DNA from: Albugo candida
Taxonomy: Eukaryota
Length of the DNA stretch: 64,000 nucleotides
Assembly: GCA_040437565.1 (NCBI GenBank)
Contig: JBDOQK010000044.1
Coordinates: forward strand, 62,001 to 126,000
Direction of reading: 5' to 3'
Shown: piece after piece, positions 10,996-22,024 of the stretch
Layout: the number at the start of each line of letters is the position of its first letter
How positions within the stretch are numbered: position 1 is the first letter of the stretch
Notes under the pieces: model-generated
Databases searched by the model: none
Seen by the model: the letters and a program-made list of their open reading frames with translations, nothing else
Told to the model about the DNA's origin: nothing
Position numbers and translations under genes: made by a program

Positions 10996-13900
10996 ATGGG
11001 GAAGCTTAGGCTTGCATCGGGTCCGCCCCGGATTTATGAGATCCCCATGGGAGATGGAAGCGATCCACGTAGTTCAAACAGTCAGTATGAAGATGTAGTG
11101 TTAGCCATTCATCCAACATCACAGCTTCTTGCGGTAGTAAAGTCCACAGAGGTCACATTATGGATGCATTCTTTTACTCACATTACAGGCGCTTCTTCTG
11201 AGCCAGCAGACAGCATATTGGACACACTCAGTGATGAAAAGGGCTATGATGCGCATTATCTTTTTTCCTTCCCTCGTGAATTGCGCGGAAACACTCCCAC
11301 CCCCCCGAAAAAACGCACAAAGCCGCATGCAACAGTGTGGGCGTATTGGATCTCTTCGCTGCAGCTAATTATCAGTGAATGTGGGGCTACTAATTGGGAG
11401 CTGTACGAATTCAACGTGGACCACGCTAAAAGCAACTCAAAGCCATTCTCAGCACGTTTGACAACGCACTCTGTCGCCAAAATTCTCGGAAATGACGACA
11501 TCTCATCCTATAACTTCTCTTCATCCCCTCAGAACGAAGATACATTTGCATTCCTTACGCTCGTAACCACCGATTCCATCCCGATCCTATCGGTTCATCA
11601 AGGTCAAGACGAGACAAGACCAGGATACATCTCGAGTATGGCTGTTCTCCACTCTCATGTCTTTCTTGGGCTCTCAGATGGCTTCCTCGCAGTCATTCAT
11701 GTCCCCAGTCACTCAGCACCACGCACGACGACGTCAGGCGATTGGAAAATCGATTTGAAGCCTCATTTTGACTCTGAGAGCGCATCAAATTCCCAGGCCA
11801 GCTGTCATGCACTCAGTGGTGGCTCCATCTCTTTCGATACCGTCTTTCTCGTCGCGTGTTCATCCTCCCAATGCGTCCTTTTGGAGCTCAATATTCCTCT
11901 AAAACAGATCGAAAACTCTGTCTCAATACCAGAGCCTCCAACGACTTGCAAGCTCGTTTCTTGTGCTTTATTCGTGCAACAAACTACTCTTCTTGCGCTG
12001 GGATGGTCCAATAGCAAAACCAGCTTGATTCACATCGAGAAAGCCACCCATTCCGCGTCGATTTCGCTTCATTCCGTTGGAGAATTGAGCCTCGAGTCGG
12101 ATGGGTATCGTGCTTCTCAGCTCGGCTCGGTCGTTTCTATTGCTTGGGCAAGCGATGGAGCCGCTGTAGCGGTGGCTTACGAGAAACGAGGCTTCAGTCT
12201 TTTCTCCACCGACGGGAAACGGATCATGTCGAGTTTCCCTCATCAATATCAACCTGTTTCTCACGACAATGAGACCTGTATTCATGGAGCTTTCCAGGTA
12301 GCGTGGACGCTTCAAGACTCCCTGTTGCTCGTGACGCCTCGTCCTCATCACGCAGTACGTGCCTATGAGCCCGAGGAATTGTACATGGAGATTCAGACCG
12401 AGCTGTACAAAGACGAGGACGGATTTTGTATGTCATTGTCCGGGGCTTTGGGTCGTTGTGGAGCTTGGGTTCGTAGCTTTTCTCCTCGTCCAAGCAATCG
12501 AGAAGCAGGTTCGGCGGAAATGAACGGTAAAATCGATTCCGGGGACCTCATACTGAGTCTGGACGACGGTAAGGATCCAATGGATCTCGTGAATGTCCCA
12601 TTTCACGAGATAATCACTCGATTGAAAAGTGTTCCCACGCACACAAATGTATCCATTCGATTCCTTCGAATACAATGGGAAGCCATTTTCACACTTTTGA
12701 CAATTGCAATTGACAACGAAACCTTTTGCAATCGGAATCTCATCCAAATCCTCAAAGAAGACCCGGATCTTCACGCTCGTTTAGTGGGCTTACGCATGCA
12801 GAATCGTCATGGAGACTACACGACTCGATGGGATGCCGAGCTTGGACAGCAGAGTCTCTCATCCGATGGGATTTCGCGGTATGTTGACGCATGGAAGTCA
12901 CTAAAGGGAACATCAGCGACGCTGTCACGTCAAAAGTATGTGAAATTTATTTTTTCAGTTTTTCCGACGTGGAATCCCGTCGAAATTCTCACTGAAATTG
13001 CCGAGTTTTCCAAGCGTATCAATCATGCACGCTCATCGATCCTTATGGAGTATTCGATCATGCAGCAGGTTCCAATGTCGGGGATCGCGTCGTGCCTTCT
13101 CTTCCTTCAGGCTTCCAGCGCGTACGTTGTCGCATCTCGGGCCTTGGAAACGCCTTGGCAGCTGTCCACAGGCGCTCGATATACTGTTCCTCCGACATAT
13201 GCGCACGCACTACCACTTCGTTTGGCATCCTTCAGCAGCGATACACATCAGCTCGCAGTTGCTGGACAACGAGGCTTTTGTATTTTGAATCTTCTCACGG
13301 GAAAATGGCGCGGATTCGGCAATGTAGCGCAAGAATTGGATCGATATGTGACGGCTCTTTTGTGGCTGACAAATGATGTTATCGCGGTCGGACTCACCAA
13401 GGCGTCGGAGCATCATGAACGCGTGCATATTGAGGCGTATCCGCGCGATCATTTGGACGTGGAAGCTCGCGTAGCGTCTATCTCATTGACGAGCTCTCCA
13501 CCCGCTATTGCCAATGTCGCAAAGAAAGACGTTTGTATCATCGCAATGCAAGTCTGTGGGTCATTTTTATACTGTTTTGGATCGCGTAGCGTGTGGCAAA
13601 TTCGCATGGCAATGGATGCAAAAATCGATCGATTTGTAGTGTGTGAAAATCGGCATTTTCCATACACTTTAGCGAGGAAACTCGCTCAGGATGTCGAGGC
13701 TTTTGGTACGATTTCGACGTTTACATTGCTTCCACGTCTCGTGGATCTTGTGCATTCGGATGAGAAGAATGAGAGCAACGAAGGCAGCTGGATCAGTTCG
13801 GTCTTTCAATCGCTGATCCACGGGCAAGCCCCGGACCAATACGCAAATCAAGACGTTTTCCCTCGGTTTTTATTCCACGATTCCATGCAACAAGACGTTC

Positions 13901-15464
13901 TTTTATGGGATCCGGAGGCGCGATGGATGTACACTGTTGCAAGGAATGTGACTCGTATGGTGTTTTTCCATTTGTCGCTTGAGGAATGTCCGCTTTGGCC
14001 GCCGATGCTTCAAATGTTTGTAGGAATTCACGGTACTTGCGGACTTTCAATTTGGTTTCCGCTTTTGGATGGCGTTTTTCCGTCTCCTTCTGCGTCCTTC
14101 ACAAACGATGTGCATTCATTACGTCTATTTCTCCTCTGTCAAGATCCCTTGCGGTCGAAAACGCACGAGTTGGAATTCGGGACAGCGTGGCCGACCTGGG
14201 AATTATATCAGCAGGTTTTATGTGAGTACGGCATCCAGTTGGATGGAAATGCGAATACATCGTGTCAGGCCGTGTCAATCGCTTCTCCAAAATCCATTTC
14301 AAACGACTCGACGGTCGCGTTACAAATGACAATGTTACATGCTAACGTGACGATCGATTCCGATACCAATGTGCTTGGAATGGAGCCTTCTTTTGGTGTG
14401 TTGGTGGCTATCTCTCAAGATATCTTCTCTATGGTCGCTAGTGATGCTTCCATCACCTCTGTGTACGACGCTTTTGTGCGTGTGCAGCCGATTCTCCATG
14501 TGGCAATCGAGGTTTCCGTGCGTTGGAATCAATGGAAATGGGCCGAACAAATGCTTCAAACGCTTTGGGAAGAGTTCCCATACGCATCGACTGCGACGGA
14601 AATGCTCTTATGGAACGTTGTGGAGGGATTTCATGTCGGAATATACAGCGAGACGGAATGGAAGCGCGTGATTTCACTTGTGCGGCCTCGAGAATGGGAT
14701 ACAGAGAACACGATGAAGCGGGATTTTGCATTGGGAATCGACGAATATTGTGAGATAATCGCTCAGCTGGCACGCAAATGTGAGCCATCTCGCCGAAAAT
14801 CCATTTTTCGCTTCGCAGGCGACCCGTGCGATTTGATTTCTATCTGTAAAGCCCGAAAGCAATTGAAAACCGCAGCGAATTTTCTGATTTTATTGGACAC
14901 GAGCGAAAGTTTGGGATCGGAGGAAGCAGAGAATACGGAGATGATGAGAATTGTCGTATTTCGAAACAATTCTGCTGTCGAATTGGTGGAAATGTGTTTA
15001 AATGAGAAGGAATGGAAGTTGGCGGAGGAGATTGTTCGTGTGGTACGAAGGTGGCAAATTGTGTATTCACACGAAAAAAGCGATGGAAGAGAATGTATCG
15101 ATGAAAAGCTAGCGGAAATGGCATCTGGCGACTTGGAAACACGGAATTTTGAACGATTGGCGTGGATGTGTGATCATTTGCAAGCGAAATTGCCACCGAA
15201 TGGACGTGAGAAGGCAGAGAGCGATTTGGATGAGGAAATGATGGAATGGCTCTCGAATGAATTGCATCAGCGGTTCATTGTGTCGCATCGAGCGCTCGAA
15301 TTGCGGTACGTTTTTTTTTGAGATTTTGAAGTGAGACTGCAACGCTGAGACATTTCTGCTGAATGGTATCCAGGTACCTGTCTCAGGCTTTTCGAGAGGC
15401 GGCTTATAATAGGTGGAGTGCGGTAGTACAGAATGCGTTTGGAAGAAGTGATGCTTCTTTATAG
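10996..15464 (+). CDS. RIC1: RIC1 (Rab6/Ypt6 GEF subunit) homologue with inserted PDZ-like and ACBP-like domains
   Basis: RIC1-like motifs LAVAGQRGFCILNLLTGKWRGFGNVAQE and the C-terminal block EIIAQLARKCEPSRRKSIFRFAGDPCDLISICKARKQLKTAANFLILL. A terminal intron (~15306-15373) leads to a last exon YLSQAFREAAYNRW...SL* ending at 15464. Confidence 0.85.
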
Positions 15465-15503
15465 CCAATTAGAACAGTAGTGATTATTGACCAATTGTAC
15501 GAA

Positions 15504-15860
15504 ATGCTGTCAATACGACACCAATGGATCGCTGCTCGGTGCGTTCGATTGAGACGTTTTTGTAGCTCTCAAAGCGCCTCTGACGTCGAGATGGGTATGA
15601 AAACAAAGCTGATGGAGAGTTTGAAAGCGAGTGATGTTCAGGTCACCGATGTATCCGGTGGATGTGGCAGTATGTATAATATAAAAGTGGTGTCCTCGCA
15701 ATTCGAAGGCAAATCGCGCGTTATACAGCATCGAATGGTTAACGAGGTACATTTGAACAACCCCCTTGACATCGAACGCTGACACACTCTCCAGGTCCTT
15801 AAGAATGAAATCAAAGGCATGCATGGACTTACAATTCGAACAGAAACGCCGGCAAAGTAG
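15504..15860 (+). CDS. BolA-family protein (BOLA3-like, likely mitochondrial presequence), 2 exons
   Basis: [35 protein letters not shown], intron ~15748-15794, then [21 protein letters not shown]. The N-terminus is Arg-rich. Confidence 0.92.
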
Positions 15861-16048
15861 CATGTAACCCAAAACCGGTTTTTTATTCATGTGCGACTTG
15901 TACATTCGCGTCACACGCGATTCTCGTCCAACATGACTGTCACATTGCACGAGAATGATGGTTGCTGCAGAATTGCTCGAAGAATGTTACGCCAATTTGA
16001 ACGTTGAACCGCCAACACTCTTTTTCCTCTATTGTTGGCTCTTCCGTC

Positions 16049-16780
16049 ATGACCGACTCTGCTCTCCTTGCGTCCATGTACGCAAAAAATCGTCGACGAA
16101 TCCATTTTGACGTCATCCAACTTCAAAAGTATTATCATCTTCCGCTACGATCGGTAGGAATGCGTGCTGCAAATAAGGCGTAAAAGCGATCTACTTTGAT
16201 GTTGCAGGCAGCTGAGCGACTTGGTGTTTGTGAGGCAGCACTGAAGCGAATCTGTCGGCGTAATTCCATTCGACGGTGGCCTTATCGTCAGATTTCTTCG
16301 ATTTTGAGACGGATGACGCAGCTTCAGACCATCAAAGCCACAAAAAGAGAGTTGGACGAGTCGAAAGACTTTCTCCTACCCCATGAGCTTGGACATTTGA
16401 GAGCACAAGCACGAGAGGAGCAACACGATGCTTGTTCAGAGCAAGAAGCTATGACTTCCATTTCGCGGATCCAGCAAGAGCTGGACGCGTTAGAGGCAGA
16501 AAAGAATCGAGTGGTTGCAACTGCTCATCTCTCCAAGCAGCTTTCAAAACGCACAAATCGATTACAGCGAATTTTACCCGATTATGATCAGTGCTCTTCC
16601 CACAAAGCGTCCATTCGCCAAAGTGCCACGCGCGAATTGCACGTGCTGGCTACTGTATGCACCGGGGAAGCCAATCCATCCTCCGGTACCCACACATTGG
16701 CAGAGGCACCTATGTATCAAGCGCATGACGCTTTTGCAGCGCATGTGATCATGTCGTTCCGAACAGGGTCAACATTGTAA
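16049..16780 (+). CDS. RWP-RK domain transcription factor, 2 exons
   Basis: Exon 1 MTDSALL...IHFDVIQLQKYYHLPLRS is spliced (intron ~16154-16207) to AAERLGVCEAALKRICRRNSIRRWPYRQI, which completes an RWP-RK domain. Confidence 0.88.
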
Positions 16781-16868
16781 TTTGTGAATGCCTTAAGATT
16801 ATATTTGCAGTATTTTCAATAAGAGCCTCAAATACAAGCGCGCTGGCGTACCGTATTCCGCAAAATGA

Positions 16869-18113
16869 CTAGAAGCTCAATAATGCTCCGACAGGAACAT
16901 GATCGCTACCTTTCACGTTTTCTCGAACAAATGAATCTTTCTACAAGAAACCGTCCAACCAACGTGATGATTAACTTTCATTTCGCGAGACGTATCGAAA
17001 TACGTACCACTTTATCGATGAATCGCTCCGAAACCACAACATAATCGAGTCGCCATCCTTTATTCCGCGTCCGTGCGTTAAAGCGATACGACCAGTACGT
17101 GAATTGCTTCTTCTCAGGATAGAATTGGCGAAACGTATCCACGTAACCAGACTGTAATGCGTCTCCAAAGTTCTTCCGCTCAGCATCAGTGAATCCCGGG
17201 GTTTTATTTCTCTGTCAAGAAAACGTCATAAGTGATCCAATGTGCAAAAGTTAAGGTACAGTACATTGCTTTTGGGATCGTGTATATCGATATCCTGATG
17301 TGCTACATTGAGGTCTCCACACCATATAACAGCTTTTTCGGATTCTTTCTCAAGTGACTGAAGCGTTTGTAACAACACTGCATCCCACTTTGTAGTACGT
17401 TCTCCTAAGCGCTCCAACTTCATACCGGAATTCGGCACATAGGTGTGAACCATCCAAAATCTCTCAAACTCGAGCGCGAGAAATCTACCTTCCGATGACC
17501 CTAAAGTACTGTCATCTAAGTGCGATCGAACCTGTAGTGGCTTCAATTTGGAGCATACGGCTGTCCCCGCATAACCTTTCTTCTGTGCACAAGACCAATA
17601 CTGGAATGGATACTGTGGTAAAAGATCTTCCATCTTCTGCACTTGCGCGCTATTGATCTTGGTCTCACTCAGGCAAATGACATCAGCATTTTCCTCCAGC
17701 ACATATGCTTGGAAATATTGACCCTCATCGTGCTTTAGAAGCGCGCGAAGTCCATTCACATTCCAGGCAATGATTTTCAGCGAGTCTGTGGGTGCATTTA
17801 TTTTTGTCTCCAGGCCAAACGTTGGGCGAACTTCCTTGCAGTACGCCTCCATTTCACTCGATAGAGGTCGTAGAGTCTGTTTCAATGGACGAACGATGGT
17901 GCAGAGCGATGTTTTAGAATCGCTTTTGGTAAAGAATGCATTCCAAGCTTTTGCCTGTGAATTTGCGTTCTCGTGAGTAGGCGCGGACGGATTTTGGCCA
18001 GGTTCGAATTTTCCGATAGTCTCTGATGTCTGCTTTGATGACAAATTATTCGATCGACATGCCGTTCGCAATCGCTTTGTAGTCGTTTTTGCCGCTGTCT
18101 TTGTTCGTTTCAT
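16869..18113 (-). CDS. APEX1: AP endonuclease / exodeoxyribonuclease III family (APE1-like), multi-exon
   Basis: Motifs AWNVNGLRA, ADVICLSETK, KKGYAGTAV, EGR, YVPNSG and CGDLNVAH. Downstream exons give GWRLDY (~17041-17058) and GSDHVPVGALLSF* (stop 16869-16871). Confidence 0.92.
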
Positions 18114-18760
18114 GGTCGATCGGAGGTTTTACGTATTAATATCCAATTGCCAGCAAGAATGGTACTTTTTGTTCAATAAGACGACGTAAAGGCTCCAGTC
18201 TAAAGCTCAAGTTTCATTCAGAACCAATCCGAGTCAAGGCTGGTTGGGAAGGCAACGCTGCTGCGCTGATCAGCTCCGACTGGATGAAAATAAAGAAATA
18301 GAGGAATGACTTAATTGAGAGTTCCGTGAGAATCAGTGCGTGCGCTCTATTTGAATTACGTCTGCTGTCGCAATATCATACGGTATTAGCTGTGCCTATG
18401 CTCTACAAAACATGTGCTGCGATATAAAAGTATTCCCTTTAGTGCACGGACGCATTGTTTTGTCCTGTCCTCTATCCTCTTTTCTACGGACTTCTAGCTC
18501 CTAATTTGCCAACTCTCAAAATATAAATTTATAAAATTAAGAGTCAGTTCTAAGAAGTTATAAGAGTCCCCAAACTCTGCTTTTCCGAGTTGGTGGCAAT
18601 TGTTTACGATCGATCGAAAATACAAATATCAGCTATTCCTACTGCGGCGATACAACGGCGCCCGCGCAAAACGCATTCAAATTGAATCGGAGTCTCCTTC
18701 AGCCGCAAAGTGTATCTCCGCAGAGCATTTCTATTCACGTGAACCAGACGCGGTTACATC

Positions 18761-19771
18761 ATGTCTGCGATTACGATTATATGTTTTGGTTTCCTCACGT
18801 TAGGTACGTCCTTTCATTCATGTCTATATATGTAATATCGAGATGTTGTAGTAGCATTTGCGGATGACACGGTCAATCCTTCACTCTGCTTACGTGTAGA
18901 GACTTGTAATAGAGGCGGATTGTCACTCACATGCAACATCACCAAATTCCAGTGCCCGCCTTGCGTGGCCTTTGATACGAATGGCTGCTTCGAGACGCTG
19001 AATGGCGTTTGTCCGTTTGGTTTTAATTGTGCAGATGCTTGGAATGAAATGAAAGGATTGATTCCACGTTCCGATAATCAGACAAAGACCAATACGAAGC
19101 CTGATACACCTGAAAATCGGACCAAGGAAGCTCCAGTAACGACAACGATTCCTGCACCGACTTTACCTCCTCAAACGGAGAATCCTAGTCCGACACCTTC
19201 TGGATCCAATATGAGTGTGATATTTGCAATCATTGGTGCGGCGATCGGGGTCATTGCTGTTGCGGTCATTTTCCTCACATTAGTCCGTCGATCTCGAGCT
19301 GCTAATGACGACGACGAAGAGATGATCAGCACGTCGTCAGGATACAAAAGTGGAGTTCGTCATAGTGACGTCAAGCCTCCCGTCAATTTTACCCAATTCC
19401 ACACAAACAATGAATTTGAAGCTCGATCCGCGTCGTTTGTATCGTCATCACGATCACAGTCTCGAGTGGATCCGGTGCTTGCGTCTAGTGTAGCTAGCTA
19501 TTACAATCAGTCTCGACCAATTAGCAGTCCTGGATGTAGACGTTCCACGATAGGTGTGGCAAGACCAGTGATTCCACCAGGCCCTAGTCGACTATCTGGG
19601 TACTCCACATCATCGAATCCTATGGCACCGTCAGCCACAGAAAATTCTTCCTCAGTAGCGGCTCCTAACTCTGCAGGTTTGGATGTATACGCTGCCGAGT
19701 ACCGGACAGGGCCTTATGTTCAGAACATCGTGGAATCGCCACGTTCAAGGAGAGAATCTTACGAATTTTAG
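18761..19771 (+). CDS. Type-I single-pass membrane protein: small Cys-rich ectodomain, Pro/Thr stalk, TM helix, Ser-rich cytoplasmic tail
   Basis: A signal-like exon MSAITIICFGFLTL (18761-18803) joins in phase across an intron ending at 18899 to ORF 18920..19771. It contains CPPCVAFDTNGCF..CPFGFNC and the TM segment VIFAIIGAAIGVIAVAVIFLTLV followed by RR. Confidence 0.7.
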
Positions 19772-20037
19772 AGCCTGTACTGTGGATAGTGGTTTTTGTT
19801 ATTTTGATGAAAGAACTGGGCACTTTTTGAAATAATCTCAAACATCCGCATCTCAAGAAGTGGGTCGTGACGTCCTAATTCCGGTGGATTCATTGGAATG
19901 TGATGAACATTACTTTCAGATACAGTACAATACTAATCCCAATATGATAGTGAGTGAGTGGATCAAGCTACGTAACGCTACCTTTACAAAAACGTGAGTT
20001 TTGCTTCCCAAATCGATTTACCACAATTCTGTGATTA

Positions 20038-20463
20038 TTAGAGTTTGTCCATTTTATCGAATCGACCTCCACCGGGATTACGTCGCTTTAGCTCGGCGCG
20101 ATCCGCTTTTCTGAAATCAAATGTACAGGAGTGTTGATCCGCGTACCGATGCTGGTTACAGTATACGTAACCACATCGGCATTCGACTGCGGTGATTCCA
20201 ATTTTTTTCTTGCATTCCCAACACTTTTTCTTATTCAGTTGTAGAGGCTTTGATTCGTTTACATCGATTCTCCCTTCCTGTTGTTTTTCATCATGTTGTG
20301 CTTTCAAAGAGTTTTGATGTTTGTCAGTCGAAATTGATGCATTTGGCGAACCATCTGACATGACCTTTTTCCAGCAAACTGAACACATACCGCCATTTGC
20401 AGCTGACCCAAAAAATCCGCACTTATTCGCGCATAACTGGCTGTCGTCTTGCTTCTGCTGCAT
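20038..20463 (-). CDS. A20/AN1 zinc-finger (stress-associated protein-like)
   Basis: A20 finger LCANKCGFFGSAANGGMCSVCWK and AN1 finger CWECKKKIGITAVECRCGYVYCNQHRYADQHSCTFDF. Confidence 0.95.
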   Translation of the reverse strand: MQQKQDDSQLCANKCGFFGSAANGGMCSVCWKKVMSDGSPNASISTDKHQNSLKAQHDEKQQEGRIDVNESKPLQLNKKKCWECKKKIGITAVECRCGYVYCNQHRYADQHSCTFDFRKADRAELKRRNPGGGRFDKMDKL

Positions 20464-20799
20464 GAAGGCTCAAGTAGTACGAGGAGAATTATTTACGTTN
20501 NNNNNNNNNNNNNNNNNNNNNNNNNNNNNNNNNNNNNNNNNNNNNNNNNNNNNNNNNNNNNNNNNNNNNNNNNNNNNNNNNNNNNNNNNNNNNNNNNNNG
20601 TACGAGGAGAATTATTTACGTTTCAAGCTCACGGCTGATACGTATACTATACATCTAGTATACATCTGCTCGAATATAAGTCAACATCTCGACGAAAAGA
20701 ATCGCCTCGTCCTCTCTGCGACATGCGTCTCCAACTGGCTAGTACTATCGCATGCAAGCCGTGAGGTACACTTTGCAAAATTCACTGGAAACTTCACGT

Positions 20800-21031
20800 A
20801 TGGCTATCACATTTGGAGATATCCCGCGGCTTATCTGTTCCGTCCTTTTGCCACCTTTGGGTGTGTTCTTCCAAGTGGGATGCACAAGAGACTTGGCCAT
20901 CAACATTCTTTTGACCATTTTGGGGTGCGTGCATTGCATGTTTGTATTCTCGACCTCGACTTCATTTTCACGTCATTTGTAGCTATATTCCAGGAATCAT
21001 ACATGCAGTATACATTCTCATCAGAGAATGA
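20800..21031 (+). CDS. PMP3: Pmp3/RCI2 (UPF0057) proteolipid, copy 1, 2 exons
   Basis: MAITFGDIPRLICSVLLPPLGVFFQVGCTRDLAINILLTILG, intron ending at 20982, then YIPGIIHAVYILIRE*. Confidence 0.9.
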
Positions 21032-21324
21032 GACTATATCAAGATTTATTTACATTGCCGTCATCAACTCCGCTTTAATTACAATAAACGTCGTTCTTTC
21101 CGTACCAAAGCACACTTATCGTCGATTCCTTCTCATTAAATCATAAAAATAATATCATAAGTCTCTTCAATTACATGCAACACCTTTACGCTCTATATAT
21201 TTCTGTATACAGCATCTTACTTGACCTAAATTGCAATAAACGACAACACTTCCTTCGTGACATGAAAGCGAGCACTTTTCTCGTGCGTTTACTGATGTCA
21301 TAACGGTCTGTTGGCACTCGCAGA

Positions 21325-21759
21325 ATGGCCAAATCGGAAGCGCATGCAAAGGAAATCGAGACCATTGCCATCCCTGCGGCCATATGGTGGGAGGAGAGTC
21401 CTCCGGTTCAGCGAACGACAGCGACTCCAATAACACCATTACATTACCACGAACACTCGGACACAAAGAACACAGAGGATACAAAGCGTGATGCTGAGCT
21501 ATGCTGCTACAAAGCCGCATTAAGTGTCTGTGCATTCCTACTCCCACCATTGGGCGTATTTCTACAGACAGGTTGCGATAAAAACCTGATCATTAACATT
21601 CTCCTCACAATCATCGGGTCCGTGCAATTAACTCGTGTATTAACACAAACTAACACACAAAGCAGGTGGGTACCCGGGATCATTCACGCTCTATTTGTAA
21701 TTCTCACCACAAAACGTCCATTCATCGACTCCAATCAGCAGACACAAACAATCGTCTGA
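21325..21759 (+). CDS. Pmp3/RCI2 proteolipid, copy 2, with N-terminal extension
   Basis: CAFLLPPLGVFLQTGCDKNLIINILLTIIG...WVPGIIHALFVIL. A 48-nt in-frame, stop-free GT..AG intron (~21618-21665) sits at the same position as in copy 1. Confidence 0.85.
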   Translation: MAKSEAHAKEIETIAIPAAIWWEESPPVQRTTATPITPLHYHEHSDTKNTEDTKRDAELCCYKAALSVCAFLLPPLGVFLQTGCDKNLIINILLTIIGSVQLTRVLTQTNTQSRWVPGIIHALFVILTTKRPFIDSNQQTQTIV

Positions 21760-22024
21760 CACTAACAATTCGCTTTCCATTTTCTAAAAAAAAGAATTCA
21801 AATGATTGGCTATCATATCTTCCTTTTCAACCAATCCCATCCTTTCGCGCTATCTTCACGAAAGACGCGGAAATAGCTCTAAAAAAATCGAATGTTCGCT
21901 TCGTCCTGCGTGATTGGGTGATTCCTACATTCTGTGCGCGCACCAGCTGGTAGACAGATGCATATGGCACGTCTCTACCCCTACAAACGATTCATTTCGG
22001 CTTTCCCATCCACAATACGTGTCA

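Noticed and set aside
19895-19965. Possible C/D-box snoRNA (GTGATGA box C)
   Set aside because: No properly placed CTGA box D or terminal stem was found.
20477-20622. 23-bp direct repeat resembling a target-site duplication or CRISPR repeat
   Set aside because: Only two copies, on either side of an N gap; a contig-end overlap.
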